The position numbers were made by a program, and so were the translations under genes. A model generated the notes under the pieces. That model was not told the origin of the DNA, searched no databases, and was given only the letters and a program-made list of their open reading frames with translations. From NCBI GenBank assembly GCA_913041415.1, contig CAJWHS010000002.1:17994-81993 (forward strand): a stretch of DNA of 64,000 nucleotides, read 5' to 3'. Of this stretch, positions 26,764-36,470 are shown piece after piece. The DNA comes from an uncultured Acidimicrobiaceae bacterium. GTDB taxonomy: Bacteria; Actinomycetota; Acidimicrobiia; Acidimicrobiales; Aldehydirespiratoraceae. Numbering within the stretch: position 1 is the stretch's first letter; each line of letters starts with the position of its first letter.

Positions 26764-26768
26764 GCCAC

Positions 26769-27503
26769 ATGCCCGAGATCACGTATCACGAAGTCGCCGA
26801 CGAACTCGCCGAAGAGATCGAGTCTCTGGAGCCGGGCGATCGGCTGCCATCGGAAAACGAACTCGTTCGGCGCTACGGCGTGAGCCGAATCTCTGCGCGG
26901 GCGGCGCTGCAAGAGTTGGAACGACGCATGCTGGTGCGCCGAACCCGCGGATCAGGCACACGCGTTGCCCTTCGGCTCCCGTATCCGCTGCGAGCTGGCA
27001 CCACACCAAGTTGGGGGCAGCTTGTTCGCGAAGCAGGCCACACGCCGACCTACGCGGTCGACAGCATCCGCTCTGAGCGCGCCAACGCTGCGATTGGTCG
27101 GGCGCTGATGATTCCCCGCGGCCGGATGATCACCCGGGTTCAACGGCGAATGTTCGTCGACGGTGAGGTCGCGGCCTGCCAAAGCCACTGGCTTCCGAGC
27201 GACGAGGTCCCGAACATCTCGGACCACCAGGATCCTTCCGGGTCGCTCTCCCTGACCCTCACCGGCCATTTTGGCTTCGAACTTGACCGGGCCTGGTCTC
27301 GGGCGAAGCTCGCTGTGCCGACGGTGGAGATTGCTGCTGATCTTGAGTTGACCGGTCGACCTCCGATTTGGCGGGTTGAGTCGCTCAACCACTGCGAGCG
27401 TCGCCGTCGACCCGTCGAGTATGCGATTGCGTGGAATCGCGCCGACGTCTTCGACGTGTTGCTCGAACTCGGACCATCCGACGGACCAACGGAGATGCGA
27501 TGA
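26769..27503 (+). CDS. phnF: GntR/HutC-family regulator PhnF
   Basis: MPEITYHEVADELAEEIESLEPGDRLPSENELVRRYGVSRISARAALQELE (wHTH) plus a UTRA-like C-terminus. ATGA overlap with phnG. Confidence 0.8.
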   Translation: MPEITYHEVADELAEEIESLEPGDRLPSENELVRRYGVSRISARAALQELERRMLVRRTRGSGTRVALRLPYPLRAGTTPSWGQLVREAGHTPTYAVDSIRSERANAAIGRALMIPRGRMITRVQRRMFVDGEVAACQSHWLPSDEVPNISDHQDPSGSLSLTLTGHFGFELDRAWSRAKLAVPTVEIAADLELTGRPPIWRVESLNHCERRRRPVEYAIAWNRADVFDVLLELGPSDGPTEMR

Positions 27504-27946
27504 CAGAAATCCCGAGAGCTACAAGCGATGCCTCATTTCGGGCGTCGATGCTCGCCCAGGCCGACGCCGCCTCGCTCGCCGTGGTCGCTGACGAATGTCT
27601 GGCTGCAGCACCGACCCCCCGGGTGCACTTCGGCCCTGACGTCGGCACGATCATGCTGACGATGCGGGAGCCAGTAGAGGCAACCCGGTTTCACCTCGGC
27701 GAGGTGCTCGTCACCCGGTGCCAGGTTCAGCATCGCGAGACGGTTGCCTGGGCGATGCGCATGGGCGACGACCGAGCGTCAACCCTTGCCGCTGCGGTAT
27801 GCGATGCCGAGGTCGCCGCCGCTGGGCCGGCGGCGGCGTCTGTCGAGCGTCTCGTCGCCGAAACCCGTCGCCACCTTGACGCCGAGCGCGCCGAGGAATG
27901 GCGCGAACTTGAGCCCACGATCGTCGCCTTCGAGGAGATGGACTGA
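27500..27946 (+). CDS. phnG: C-P lyase core complex subunit PhnG
   Basis: MTEIPRAT..RFHLGEVLVTRCQV. Position and overlaps are typical. Confidence 0.75.
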   Translation: MTEIPRATSDASFRASMLAQADAASLAVVADECLAAAPTPRVHFGPDVGTIMLTMREPVEATRFHLGEVLVTRCQVQHRETVAWAMRMGDDRASTLAAAVCDAEVAAAGPAAASVERLVAETRRHLDAERAEEWRELEPTIVAFEEMD

Positions 27947-28518
27947 TGGCCGTTCCTGTTCTGACTGGCACACCGAGTCAAGCGGCGTTCGACGCCATCT
28001 TGCGCTCGCTTTCTGAACCCGGCTCGATTCGGCAGTTGCCACCGAGCCCGTCTCCGGAGGTTCCGGCCTATGCGATGGTCGCTCTGGCTCTCGGCGACAT
28101 CGATCTCGGTGTGTGCGTCGACGACGATCCGATGCACCCGGTGGCTCTCATGCTGCGAGCCGCTACCGGCATGACGATCACGGGTCGAGACAACGCACAG
28201 TTCGTTGTATGCAGCAACGAGGCGGTGCCGGTGGGCAATCTGCTCACCGGCACGGCCCTTGCCCCCGAAGACGCTGCCCGCCTCACGATCGCAGTCGACG
28301 ATCTCGACGCCGATGGCGACGGTGCGGTTGTCCTTCGTGGTCCGGGGGTACCCGGGGAGCGGCGACTCTGCGTTCGCGGCCTTGACCGGAAGACGCTGCT
28401 CAGCCTCGGCCGAACGTCCGGCACCTTTCCTGCTGGCATCGACACCTGGCTGGTCACCGCAGAAGGGCGGATCGCGGCGATTCCCCGAAGCACCACGGTC
28501 ACACAAGGAGAACACTGA
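27946..28518 (+). CDS. phnH: C-P lyase subunit PhnH
   Basis: 190 aa. QAAFDAILRSLSEPG. 1-nt TGATG overlaps on both sides. Confidence 0.75.
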   Translation: MAVPVLTGTPSQAAFDAILRSLSEPGSIRQLPPSPSPEVPAYAMVALALGDIDLGVCVDDDPMHPVALMLRAATGMTITGRDNAQFVVCSNEAVPVGNLLTGTALAPEDAARLTIAVDDLDADGDGAVVLRGPGVPGERRLCVRGLDRKTLLSLGRTSGTFPAGIDTWLVTAEGRIAAIPRSTTVTQGEH

Positions 28519-29720
28519 TGGGTTACGTCGCAGCAAAGGGCGGGTTTGATGCCATCCAGGCAGCTGAGACGCTTGTCCGACGTCGTCGGATCGAGGGCCG
28601 CAGCTCCTGGCTTGAGCTCGATCAGATCGTCGATCGGCTCCGCTACTCGGTCGACCGAGTCATGGGCGAAGGTGGCCTTTGGGACGAGCAACTCTCCGCT
28701 CGGGCCTTCCGCCAGGCCGAGGGAGACGTCATTGAGGCAGCTCACCTCATCCGGGCCCACCGCTCAACACTTCCGCGCTTTGGGTACGCCCGTGTTGTGG
28801 ACGCCGACGAGATCGATGTGCTCCGGCGCATCGTGCCTGCGTTCCGTGAACCTCCGGGCCCCCAACTCCTCGGTCGCACCCTTGACTACACCGGCCGACT
28901 CCTTGATCAGACGCCGGAGGACGAGGGTCGTCGCCAGGCCGCCGAAGCTGCCGCCAACCGTCGTGAGCGCGTCGTCTCGACTCAAGTGAGCGCTGATGAG
29001 CCGACGGTGGACCAGCGGGTTCCAGGCCGGCTAATCGACGTACTGCGTAACCTCGACGCGCTCGTTGACCGCCGCCGAGACGATGACCCTGAACCGGTCG
29101 ACATCAGCCGTGTCGCCGCCCGTCCGGGTGCACCCCGGTCAGCTCGGCTCTCGACCATGGCGCGGGCCGAAACCGGGGCGCTCGTGCAACTCTGGTATCG
29201 AAACATTCTCGGACCGGACCGCAACCTCCACGAGGTGACCCTCGGCGAGGTTCGCCACGGTCGTCTTCCTATCGAGGTCCAAAACCCGCTCACGGGAGAA
29301 ACCGTCCCCATTGGTTCGGTTCGAGTCACCGAGGTTGAGGCCATCGAGGATCTCGACGGTGTCGAGGAGGATCGCACTCGTTTCGACGTCGGCTACGGCA
29401 TCTGCCTCGGCCACAACGAACGCAAGGCGATTGCCATGGCCAACCTCGATGTCGCCGTCGATAGGGCGGCGGGCGACGGTCCGCTTGAGCAGTCGGTTCT
29501 GATGACGACCGACGGGCTCGACGCCTCCGGCTTCCTTGAACACCTCAAGCTTCCGCATTACGTCACGTTCCGCTCGATGATGGAGCGCAAGACGGCGATG
29601 CGCGAGGCCGCTGGCACCAAGCGGCAGGAACGCCTCGCTCAGGGCCGTTCGGACTGCGAGGTCACCGACGTATCTGGCGACGCTGGTGCTCCTGTCGAAC
29701 GAGAGGACGTGCTGCGATGA
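28518..29720 (+). CDS. phnI: C-P lyase subunit PhnI (ribosyl-phosphonate triphosphate synthase)
   Basis: MGYVAAKGGFDAIQAAE N-terminus, like E. coli MYVAVKGGEKAI. 400 aa. Confidence 0.85.
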   Translation: MGYVAAKGGFDAIQAAETLVRRRRIEGRSSWLELDQIVDRLRYSVDRVMGEGGLWDEQLSARAFRQAEGDVIEAAHLIRAHRSTLPRFGYARVVDADEIDVLRRIVPAFREPPGPQLLGRTLDYTGRLLDQTPEDEGRRQAAEAAANRRERVVSTQVSADEPTVDQRVPGRLIDVLRNLDALVDRRRDDDPEPVDISRVAARPGAPRSARLSTMARAETGALVQLWYRNILGPDRNLHEVTLGEVRHGRLPIEVQNPLTGETVPIGSVRVTEVEAIEDLDGVEEDRTRFDVGYGICLGHNERKAIAMANLDVAVDRAAGDGPLEQSVLMTTDGLDASGFLEHLKLPHYVTFRSMMERKTAMREAAGTKRQERLAQGRSDCEVTDVSGDAGAPVEREDVLR

Positions 29721-30655
29721 CCCTTGCCGACGTTCTCGCCACGACCGGCCCGGCACCAGCGTCTGAGGTCGCCGTCGAACTGACGCCCATCCTTGACGAG
29801 TCGGCAAAGCGTGAGATTCGTCGAGCGGTACTCACCGCCATTGCTGTGCCGGGCTACCAGGTGCCGTTCGGTTCGCGAGAGATGCCGGTCGCCCGTGGAT
29901 GGGGTTCCGGTGGCCTCCAAATCTCCCTTGCGGTCGTCGGGGACGACGATGTCGTAAAGGTCTATGACCAAGGTGAGGACGGTGGCGTGAACGCAGCCAA
30001 CCTTCGTCGACTGATCCGTCGTTCCGAGGGCGTCAAGACCACAACCGACGCCCGTGAGGCTTCGGTGATCCAAACCCGCCACCGGGTTCCCGAGGATGAA
30101 CTGATCGCGGACCAGATCCTTGTCCTTCAAGTGCCTGTGCCCGAACCCCTCCGCGGGATTGAGCGCGACATGAACGAACTGCGTCGAATGCACGCCGAGG
30201 CCGACTACGCCCGGATGTGGGTGAGTCTCTACGAAGACATCGTCCGCAATGGTGTCATCACCCGAACAACCGGCTACCCGTGCCTCGTCGACGGGCGCTA
30301 CGTGATCGCAACCACCCCCATCCCGCGATGGGACGTTCCGCCGCTCCATCAAGCGAAGTTCCTCTCGCTGTTCGGCGCTGGTCGCGAAAAGCGGATCTAC
30401 GCGATCCCGCCGTACACGGATGTGGAGCCACTGACCTTCGATGACGTCCCCTTCGAGGTCGAGGAGGTCAGCGAGCCGTGCCGCTGCGGCCTGATCTGTC
30501 CCGGTGACGAACAGGGGGCTTATCTGGTCGAGCTCCCGGCACAGGACGGCACCTCGCAGTGGGTGTGCAGCGACACCGACTGGTGCACCCGGCATCGCGT
30601 GGCCAACGGCGTGCTCGGCAGCGAAGCCCTCGACGACGCCGACGAACTCTGGTGA
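29717..30655 (+). CDS. phnJ: C-P lyase catalytic radical-SAM subunit PhnJ
   Basis: AVPGYQVPFGSREMPVARGWGSGGLQ, and the Cys cluster CRCGLIC..C..C near the C-terminus. Confidence 0.9.
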   Translation: MTLADVLATTGPAPASEVAVELTPILDESAKREIRRAVLTAIAVPGYQVPFGSREMPVARGWGSGGLQISLAVVGDDDVVKVYDQGEDGGVNAANLRRLIRRSEGVKTTTDAREASVIQTRHRVPEDELIADQILVLQVPVPEPLRGIERDMNELRRMHAEADYARMWVSLYEDIVRNGVITRTTGYPCLVDGRYVIATTPIPRWDVPPLHQAKFLSLFGAGREKRIYAIPPYTDVEPLTFDDVPFEVEEVSEPCRCGLICPGDEQGAYLVELPAQDGTSQWVCSDTDWCTRHRVANGVLGSEALDDADELW

Positions 30656-30665
30656 AGGGAAGGCT

Positions 30666-31505
30666 GTGAGCGATTGGATGCTCCGAGTCGAAGGACTCGG
30701 CAAGATTTACGGACCGGGCGGCCCGGCTGACGTTGAGGGCACCGGCCCCGAGTTCGGTCGATCGGTCAGCCCATCGACCGGCGCAGTCGTCGGCTGCTGG
30801 GACGTCGGCTTCGAGGTGGCGGCGGGCGAAGCGCTCGGCGTGATCGGTGAGTCCGGATCTGGCAAGTCGACCGTTATGCGCTGTATCGCTGGCGACCAGA
30901 CCGCGACGACGGGTTCGGCTCACATCCGAACCGTCGACGGTGGTGAGGCCGACGTCATGGGGTTCGACCCGTCCCGCCGCCGATCGCTGCGGGTCGACGA
31001 GCTCGCAGTGGTCTATCAGGATCCCTCGGAGGGGCTTGATCTCCACGTGTCAGCGGGCGGCAACGTCGCCGATCGCCTCACCGCCGCTGGATGGCGCAAC
31101 TTCGGCGACATCCGCCGACGGGCCGCAGAGCTTCTGGCCCGGACCGAGGTCCCACTCGATCGTATGGATGATCCTGTCTCGACCTTCTCAGGAGGTATGC
31201 GCCAGCGGGTCCAGCTCGCCAAGGCGCTCGCCAACCAGCCGTCGGTGCTTTTGCTCGACGAGCCGACTACTGGCCTCGACGCCTCGGTCGCGGCCGGAGT
31301 GCTCGACCTCATTCGCGATCTGCTCCAGGAGACTGGCGTCGCCGCGGTGGTTGTGAGCCACGACTTCGCCGTCATCGAGATGTTGACCCGCCGCTCACTC
31401 GTGATGCATCACAGCCGCGTCGTCGAGGCCGGCCTGACTGACCAGTTGCTCGAAGATCCGCAACATCCGTATAGCCAGCGCCTCGTCGGCGCTGCCCGGG
31501 GGTGA
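30666..31505 (+). CDS. phnK: C-P lyase system ATP-binding protein PhnK
   Basis: GTG start after GAAGGGA (alternative ATG at 30678). GESGSGKSTVMRCIAGD, LSGGMRQRVQLAKAL. Confidence 0.8.
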   Translation: MSDWMLRVEGLGKIYGPGGPADVEGTGPEFGRSVSPSTGAVVGCWDVGFEVAAGEALGVIGESGSGKSTVMRCIAGDQTATTGSAHIRTVDGGEADVMGFDPSRRRSLRVDELAVVYQDPSEGLDLHVSAGGNVADRLTAAGWRNFGDIRRRAAELLARTEVPLDRMDDPVSTFSGGMRQRVQLAKALANQPSVLLLDEPTTGLDASVAAGVLDLIRDLLQETGVAAVVVSHDFAVIEMLTRRSLVMHHSRVVEAGLTDQLLEDPQHPYSQRLVGAARG

Positions 31506-32266
31506 CAATGCCGTTTCAGAACCTTTTGACCGTTCGAGGGCTCACGAAGTCCTTCACGCTCCACGCCGTTGACGGGCGTGTTGTCCGGGGCCTTTGCGGG
31601 GTCGACCTTGACATCGTGGAGGGCGAACACGTTGCGCTTGCCGGCCGATCTGGGGCCGGTAAGTCCAGTTTGTTGAAGTGCGTACACCGCACCTACGTCG
31701 CCGACGATGGGGTCGTCGTGTATCGCCGGGCCAACGGAGACGCCGTCGACCTGTTGTCGATGAGTGACAGCGACGTTGCTGATCTGCGCTCCCAGGAGAT
31801 CGGCTATGTCTCGCAGTTTCTCCGCGCTGAACCCCGACGGGGGGTGCTCGACGTTGTCGCTGGTGCCGCTCGACGAATGGGAGTCGACGAGGGCGAGGCC
31901 CGAGACCGAGCCGCCGACGTACTCCGCCGGGTCAACATTGATGAGTCTCTCTGGTCGACGTATCCGACGTTGCTTTCCGGCGGGGAGAAACAGCGGGTCA
32001 ATCTTGCGGCCGGCATCGTTGAGGCGCCGCGTCTGTTGTTGCTCGACGAGCCCGTATCTGCGCTCGACCCGGCGAACCGGGTCGCTGTGCTCGACATCCT
32101 CTCCGACCTCACGTCGCGTGGAGCCACAGTGCTCAGTGTGTTCCACGACATCGACGCCATGCGCGTCCTCGCCGACCGGGTGGTCGTGATGGAGGACGGC
32201 GTCGTCGTCGATCACGGCGAGGCCAATCAGGTCCTCGATCGCAACCTTGAGCGCGAGCTTGTCTGA
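31502..32266 (+). CDS. phnL: C-P lyase system ATP-binding protein PhnL
   Basis: GTGA overlap with phnK. LTKSFTLHAVDG..GRSGAGKSSLLKC..LSGGEKQRVNLA. Confidence 0.8.
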   Translation: MTMPFQNLLTVRGLTKSFTLHAVDGRVVRGLCGVDLDIVEGEHVALAGRSGAGKSSLLKCVHRTYVADDGVVVYRRANGDAVDLLSMSDSDVADLRSQEIGYVSQFLRAEPRRGVLDVVAGAARRMGVDEGEARDRAADVLRRVNIDESLWSTYPTLLSGGEKQRVNLAAGIVEAPRLLLLDEPVSALDPANRVAVLDILSDLTSRGATVLSVFHDIDAMRVLADRVVVMEDGVVVDHGEANQVLDRNLERELV

Positions 32267-32299
32267 CCCCCCCGATCACTCCTCCCGAACGAGATCACC

Positions 32300-33475
32300 A
32301 TGACCACTGCCATCACCGACGTTCGCGTCGTTCTACCCACTGCCATCACCGACGACGCGACGGTCATTATCGACGAAGGTCGTATCGCCCAAATCACGAC
32401 CGGCAGGGCGCCCGCCGGTGCCCGCTCCGGCCACGGTGCGCTGCTGTTGCCCGGGCTCGTCGATAGCCACAGTGATGGCCTCGAGAAGGAGATTGCTCCT
32501 CGTCAGACCGTCCGCTTCCCGCTCGACTATGGCCTCCGCTCGTTTGAGGGTCGGGTCAGAGCGGCCGGTATCACCACGATCTGCCATGGCGTTGGTTATC
32601 AGGAGAAAGCCAAAGCGGGTCGCTCCGTCGAGCGTGCTCGAGAGACGGTTGCTGCGATCGCCGCCCGCAGCCGCGAGGTTGACACCGGCGTCGACCATCG
32701 CGTGCTGTACCGGTTCGAGGCTCGCGACCCCGAGGCGCTCACGCCGCTCCTGGAGGACCTCGGCTCGTCCCCCAAGAACGACGTCGCTCCGCTCTTGAGC
32801 TTCGAGGACCACACACCTGGGCAGGGTCAGTTCCGAGATATCGCCCAGTACGAAGCCGCCGTCGATCCGACCACGCTTCCTGAAGGCGAGACCGTGCAGT
32901 CCTATGTCGCCCGCCTCAAGGCTGAGGGTGATGCCATGCTCGCCAGCCGCCAAGAAAACCGGGCCCGGCTCGCGCCACTTGCCCGCCGGGGAGATCTCCG
33001 CTTGCTGGCCCATGACCTCGAGACCATCGATGACGTGGCCGAGGCAGTTGATGCCGGTGCGACGATCGCCGAATTCCCGCTTTCCATGGACGTGGCCAAG
33101 CACGCGAAAGCCGCTGGCATGACGACGGTCATGGGGGCGCCCAATGCACTTCGTGGACACTCACACTCGGGCAACACGTCGGCTCGGGACCTTGTCGTTG
33201 CCGGTCTCTGCGACGTGCTTGCGTCGGACTACATGCCGTCGGCGATGCTTGCCGCTGCGTTCGCCATGGCTGCCGCCAACGTCTGCACCTTGCCCGAAGC
33301 GGTCGCGCTGATCACCTCAGGGCCGGCGACGATGATCGGTGAGGTCGATCGCGGCCGTATTGAAGTCGGTGCGCTTGCCGATCTGATCCTGGTCGATGAT
33401 TCTGGCGCATGGCCGGTCGTGCTCGATGTTCGTCGAGCGGCTGATCATCCCGTTCGCGGCGACATTGGCGCATGA
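32300..33475 (+). CDS. phnM: PhnM (alpha-D-ribose 1-methylphosphonate 5-triphosphate diphosphatase)
   Basis: LPGLVDSHSDGLEKE..SFEDHTPGQGQF..MGAPNALRGHSHSGN..SDYMPSAML. Confidence 0.85.
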   Translation: MTTAITDVRVVLPTAITDDATVIIDEGRIAQITTGRAPAGARSGHGALLLPGLVDSHSDGLEKEIAPRQTVRFPLDYGLRSFEGRVRAAGITTICHGVGYQEKAKAGRSVERARETVAAIAARSREVDTGVDHRVLYRFEARDPEALTPLLEDLGSSPKNDVAPLLSFEDHTPGQGQFRDIAQYEAAVDPTTLPEGETVQSYVARLKAEGDAMLASRQENRARLAPLARRGDLRLLAHDLETIDDVAEAVDAGATIAEFPLSMDVAKHAKAAGMTTVMGAPNALRGHSHSGNTSARDLVVAGLCDVLASDYMPSAMLAAAFAMAAANVCTLPEAVALITSGPATMIGEVDRGRIEVGALADLILVDDSGAWPVVLDVRRAADHPVRGDIGA

Positions 33476-34290
33476 ACCGGCCTCATCCAGCGCTCACCGC
33501 CTCCGCTGAGGCTGCGTCGATGGCGTGGGCCGATGCCGTGGGCCGCTTCAGTCGCGACGAACTTCTCGAGTTCGTCGCAGACGGCGCTGATGGAACGCCA
33601 TCGTCTCGAATCGATGTGATGGTCGAGGCTGAAATCCTTCGCGCTGTCGAGCCCTTCGGCATTGATGTTGTGAGCGAAGAGATTGGGCACGTTGACAATG
33701 GATCTAGCGTGGCCATGGTCGTGGATCCTGTTGACGGAACCGGCAATGCGACCGCAGGCATTCCAATTTCGGCCTTTACGGCGGCGATCGCTGTGGATGG
33801 CCGTTTCACCGAAGGCCTGACTCATTGGTTTGCTGATGGTCGCCGTTGGTGGGCTCACGTCGATCAGCCGATTGCGCCATCGACGTCGGGTCGCACAGAG
33901 TTAGACGGAGCGCTGCTCTCGATGATTCGACCGAAGGGCAGTGGGGACGGGTTCCTCGCAGTAGCAAGGCGGGCATCTCGCATTCGCGTGCTCGGCTCAT
34001 CGTCGATCGAGGCCGCCCTTGTTGGTGACGGTGTTCTTGACGCATTTGTCGACGCTGGCAGTCGTACCCATCGTCTTGTTGATCTTGCGGCGGCGACGGT
34101 GATCGTCGAACGGGCCGGTGGCGTTGTTCTCGACGTGCATGGCGAGCCCATTGTCTTCACGACCGAGATCGACACCCGCTGGTCAGGTGTCGTGGCGGCC
34201 ACCCCGGAGCTCGGTCGAGCGATCGTTGATGAGGTTCGGTCCACGCTGAAGAACGGCGGAGAACGCGTGGTCGATGAACCTCTGAGCTGA
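33472..34290 (+). CDS. Inositol monophosphatase / FBPase-family phosphatase
   Basis: ATGA overlap with phnM. VSEE..VVDPVDGTGN and DLAAATVIVERAGG motifs. Confidence 0.7.
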   Translation: MNRPHPALTASAEAASMAWADAVGRFSRDELLEFVADGADGTPSSRIDVMVEAEILRAVEPFGIDVVSEEIGHVDNGSSVAMVVDPVDGTGNATAGIPISAFTAAIAVDGRFTEGLTHWFADGRRWWAHVDQPIAPSTSGRTELDGALLSMIRPKGSGDGFLAVARRASRIRVLGSSSIEAALVGDGVLDAFVDAGSRTHRLVDLAAATVIVERAGGVVLDVHGEPIVFTTEIDTRWSGVVAATPELGRAIVDEVRSTLKNGGERVVDEPLS

Positions 34291-34348
34291 GGTCTGAGGT
34301 TTCCGGCCGAACAGGCCCTGACCCTTTCGTGGCGTGACGTTTCCGGGG

Positions 34349-35059
34349 TCAGTCGCGAGCGATGCCGACGAGTTGGAGGACGTACCAGAACAGCGTCATC
34401 ACTGAGCTGAAGAGCGCCAGGGCGCCAGCGACGTGCGCCGCAACCGGGAACTGCCGGATGATCGTCTGGGTCTGGTAGAGGATCGCAGCGCCCGTGAGCG
34501 CAACCATGCCGACCGAGAACCACACGCCGAGGCTGAGACCGAAGACGATCGCACCGACGATCAGGGCGAGCGCTGCGACGAAGCCGTACATCACGATCGG
34601 ACGAAGGAACGAGAGATCCTTGCGGGTGACGACGGCGACGATCGTGAGGCCGGCGAAGGCGACCGCCGTGATCAGCCCGGCCGCGGCGACCGAGGTGGCG
34701 CCGTCATCGGCGACCCGGAAGAAGTAGTGCAGCATCGGCGCGAAGAGGATGGCGTAGAGCCCGGCCGAGCCGAACAGGGCGGCGTACTGACGCTGCGGGT
34801 TGAGCAGGTCGGCGGCAGCATTGGTGACGATCCACTGGCCCACCATGAAGCCGCCGAGAATGAGCAGCCACGAGAAGCCGCTGCCACGCACGAAGTTGTA
34901 GATGCCTTCGGCGATCGGTGTGTTGAGCAGGACGGCTTCGATGCCGGCGAAGGCAACGATGGCACCGAGAAGGTGCTGGTAGACGCGGATGACGAAATCG
35001 CCGCGGGTGGTTTCGTCGAGCTGGATAGCCGGTCGAAGATCGACGTCGCTGTACGACAT
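34349..35059 (-). CDS. Bax inhibitor-1 / YccA-family membrane protein
   Basis: 236 aa with multiple TM helices. FVIRVYQHLLGAIVAF N-terminal signature. Confidence 0.75.
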   Translation of the reverse strand: MSYSDVDLRPAIQLDETTRGDFVIRVYQHLLGAIVAFAGIEAVLLNTPIAEGIYNFVRGSGFSWLLILGGFMVGQWIVTNAAADLLNPQRQYAALFGSAGLYAILFAPMLHYFFRVADDGATSVAAAGLITAVAFAGLTIVAVVTRKDLSFLRPIVMYGFVAALALIVGAIVFGLSLGVWFSVGMVALTGAAILYQTQTIIRQFPVAAHVAGALALFSSVMTLFWYVLQLVGIARD

Positions 35060-35232
35060 GCTGGGGGTGCTCCTTCAGGAACGGTTGGGATCGAGGTCAT
35101 CCTACCGACCTCTGACCCGCTGGTTCGTTCGCAAGCGGCCGAAGCGCGAGGTGGAGGCGGCGAGTGCGCCGGATTGCGGGGCTGTCGAGGCCGCCCGTTA
35201 GCCTCGGCAGCTGATTCGTCGGAGGTTCCCCC

Positions 35233-36405
35233 GTGGCCAACCAGTGGTTCGAGACCGTCGCCATCGCCCAGCAACGTGCGAAGAAGCGTCTGCCCAAGTC
35301 GTCCTATGGCGCGATCGTCGCAGGGGCCGAGGCCGGCGTCACGATGCGCGACAATTTTTCCGCCTTCGATGAGCTCGGCTTCCGTCCCGTCACCGCCGGC
35401 CAGCCCGCCGAGCGGCAGATGGACACGACGATCATGGGTCAACCGTCGTCGATGCCGGTCATGATCTCGCCCACCGGCGCTCAGGCCATCCACCCCGACG
35501 GTGAGGTCGGCGTGGCCCGAGCCGCTGCCAACCGGGGCATCCCGATGGGCCTGTCGTCGTTCGCGTCGATGCCGATCGAGGACGTCATCGAGGTCAACGG
35601 CCAGACCTTCTTCCAGATCTACTGGGCCGGCGACAAGGACTCGATGGTTGCTCGCATGGAGCGGGCGAAGGCCGCCGGTGCCGTCGGCATGATCCTCACC
35701 CTCGACTGGTCTTTCAGCCACGGCCGAGACTGGGGCAGCCCCCAGATCCCGCAGTCGTTCACGATCAAGGAACTCCTTCCGCAGGTCCCGGCGGTGATCC
35801 GCAAGCCGAGGTTCATGTGGTCCTGGATCAAATCCGGGAGCATCCCGAAACTCGGTGTGCCGAACTTCGTAACCGACGGGTCGAAGCCGCCGGTTTTCTT
35901 CGAGGCCTATGGCGCCTGGATGATGACACCTCCGCCGACCTGGGAGGACGTGGCCTGGCTGCGCTCGCAGTGGGACGGCGAGTTCATGGTCAAGGGTGTC
36001 GTCCGGGCCGACGAAGCCCGGCGCGCCGTCGACGCCGGCGTTACCGCCATATCGGTTTCCAACCACGGCGGAAACAATGTCGACTCTGCGCCCGCTTCGG
36101 TCCGGGTGCTGCCCGAGATTGCCGCAGCCGTCGGCAACGACATTCAGGTCGTGATGGACGGTGGTATCCGCCGTGGTTCCGACGTCGTGAAGGCCCTGTG
36201 CCTCGGCGCCGACGCGGTCCTCATCGGTCGCGCGTACCTGTGGGGCCTTGCCGCCAACGGCACCGCCGGCGTCGAGAACGTGCTCGACGTCATCCGGGGC
36301 GGTATCGACGCCACGATGCGAGGCATCGGGGTCGGATCCATCCATGACCTCACGGCCGATCACGTCATCGTGCCCGACGGCTTTTCGCCGCCGCGGATCC
36401 GCTGA
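35233..36405 (+). CDS. mftD: Pre-mycofactocin synthase MftD (FMN-dependent alpha-hydroxyacid-oxidase fold)
   Basis: GTG start. ANQWFETVAIAQQRAKKRLPKS..ISPTGAQAIHPDGEVGVARAAANRG..LTLDWSFSHGRDWGSPQIP. Confidence 0.85.
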   Translation: MANQWFETVAIAQQRAKKRLPKSSYGAIVAGAEAGVTMRDNFSAFDELGFRPVTAGQPAERQMDTTIMGQPSSMPVMISPTGAQAIHPDGEVGVARAAANRGIPMGLSSFASMPIEDVIEVNGQTFFQIYWAGDKDSMVARMERAKAAGAVGMILTLDWSFSHGRDWGSPQIPQSFTIKELLPQVPAVIRKPRFMWSWIKSGSIPKLGVPNFVTDGSKPPVFFEAYGAWMMTPPPTWEDVAWLRSQWDGEFMVKGVVRADEARRAVDAGVTAISVSNHGGNNVDSAPASVRVLPEIAAAVGNDIQVVMDGGIRRGSDVVKALCLGADAVLIGRAYLWGLAANGTAGVENVLDVIRGGIDATMRGIGVGSIHDLTADHVIVPDGFSPPRIR

Positions 36406-36470
36406 CGTTCACACCGCCGCCGTCTGCGGCTTGGTATCAAGCCGGAACACATCCCGCCTACGCTCGCCCG

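Noticed and set aside
34672-36363. 563-aa minus-strand ORF
   Set aside because: Antisense to mftD and partly overlaps the BI-1 gene in another frame. Arg/Pro/Gly-rich shadow ORF.
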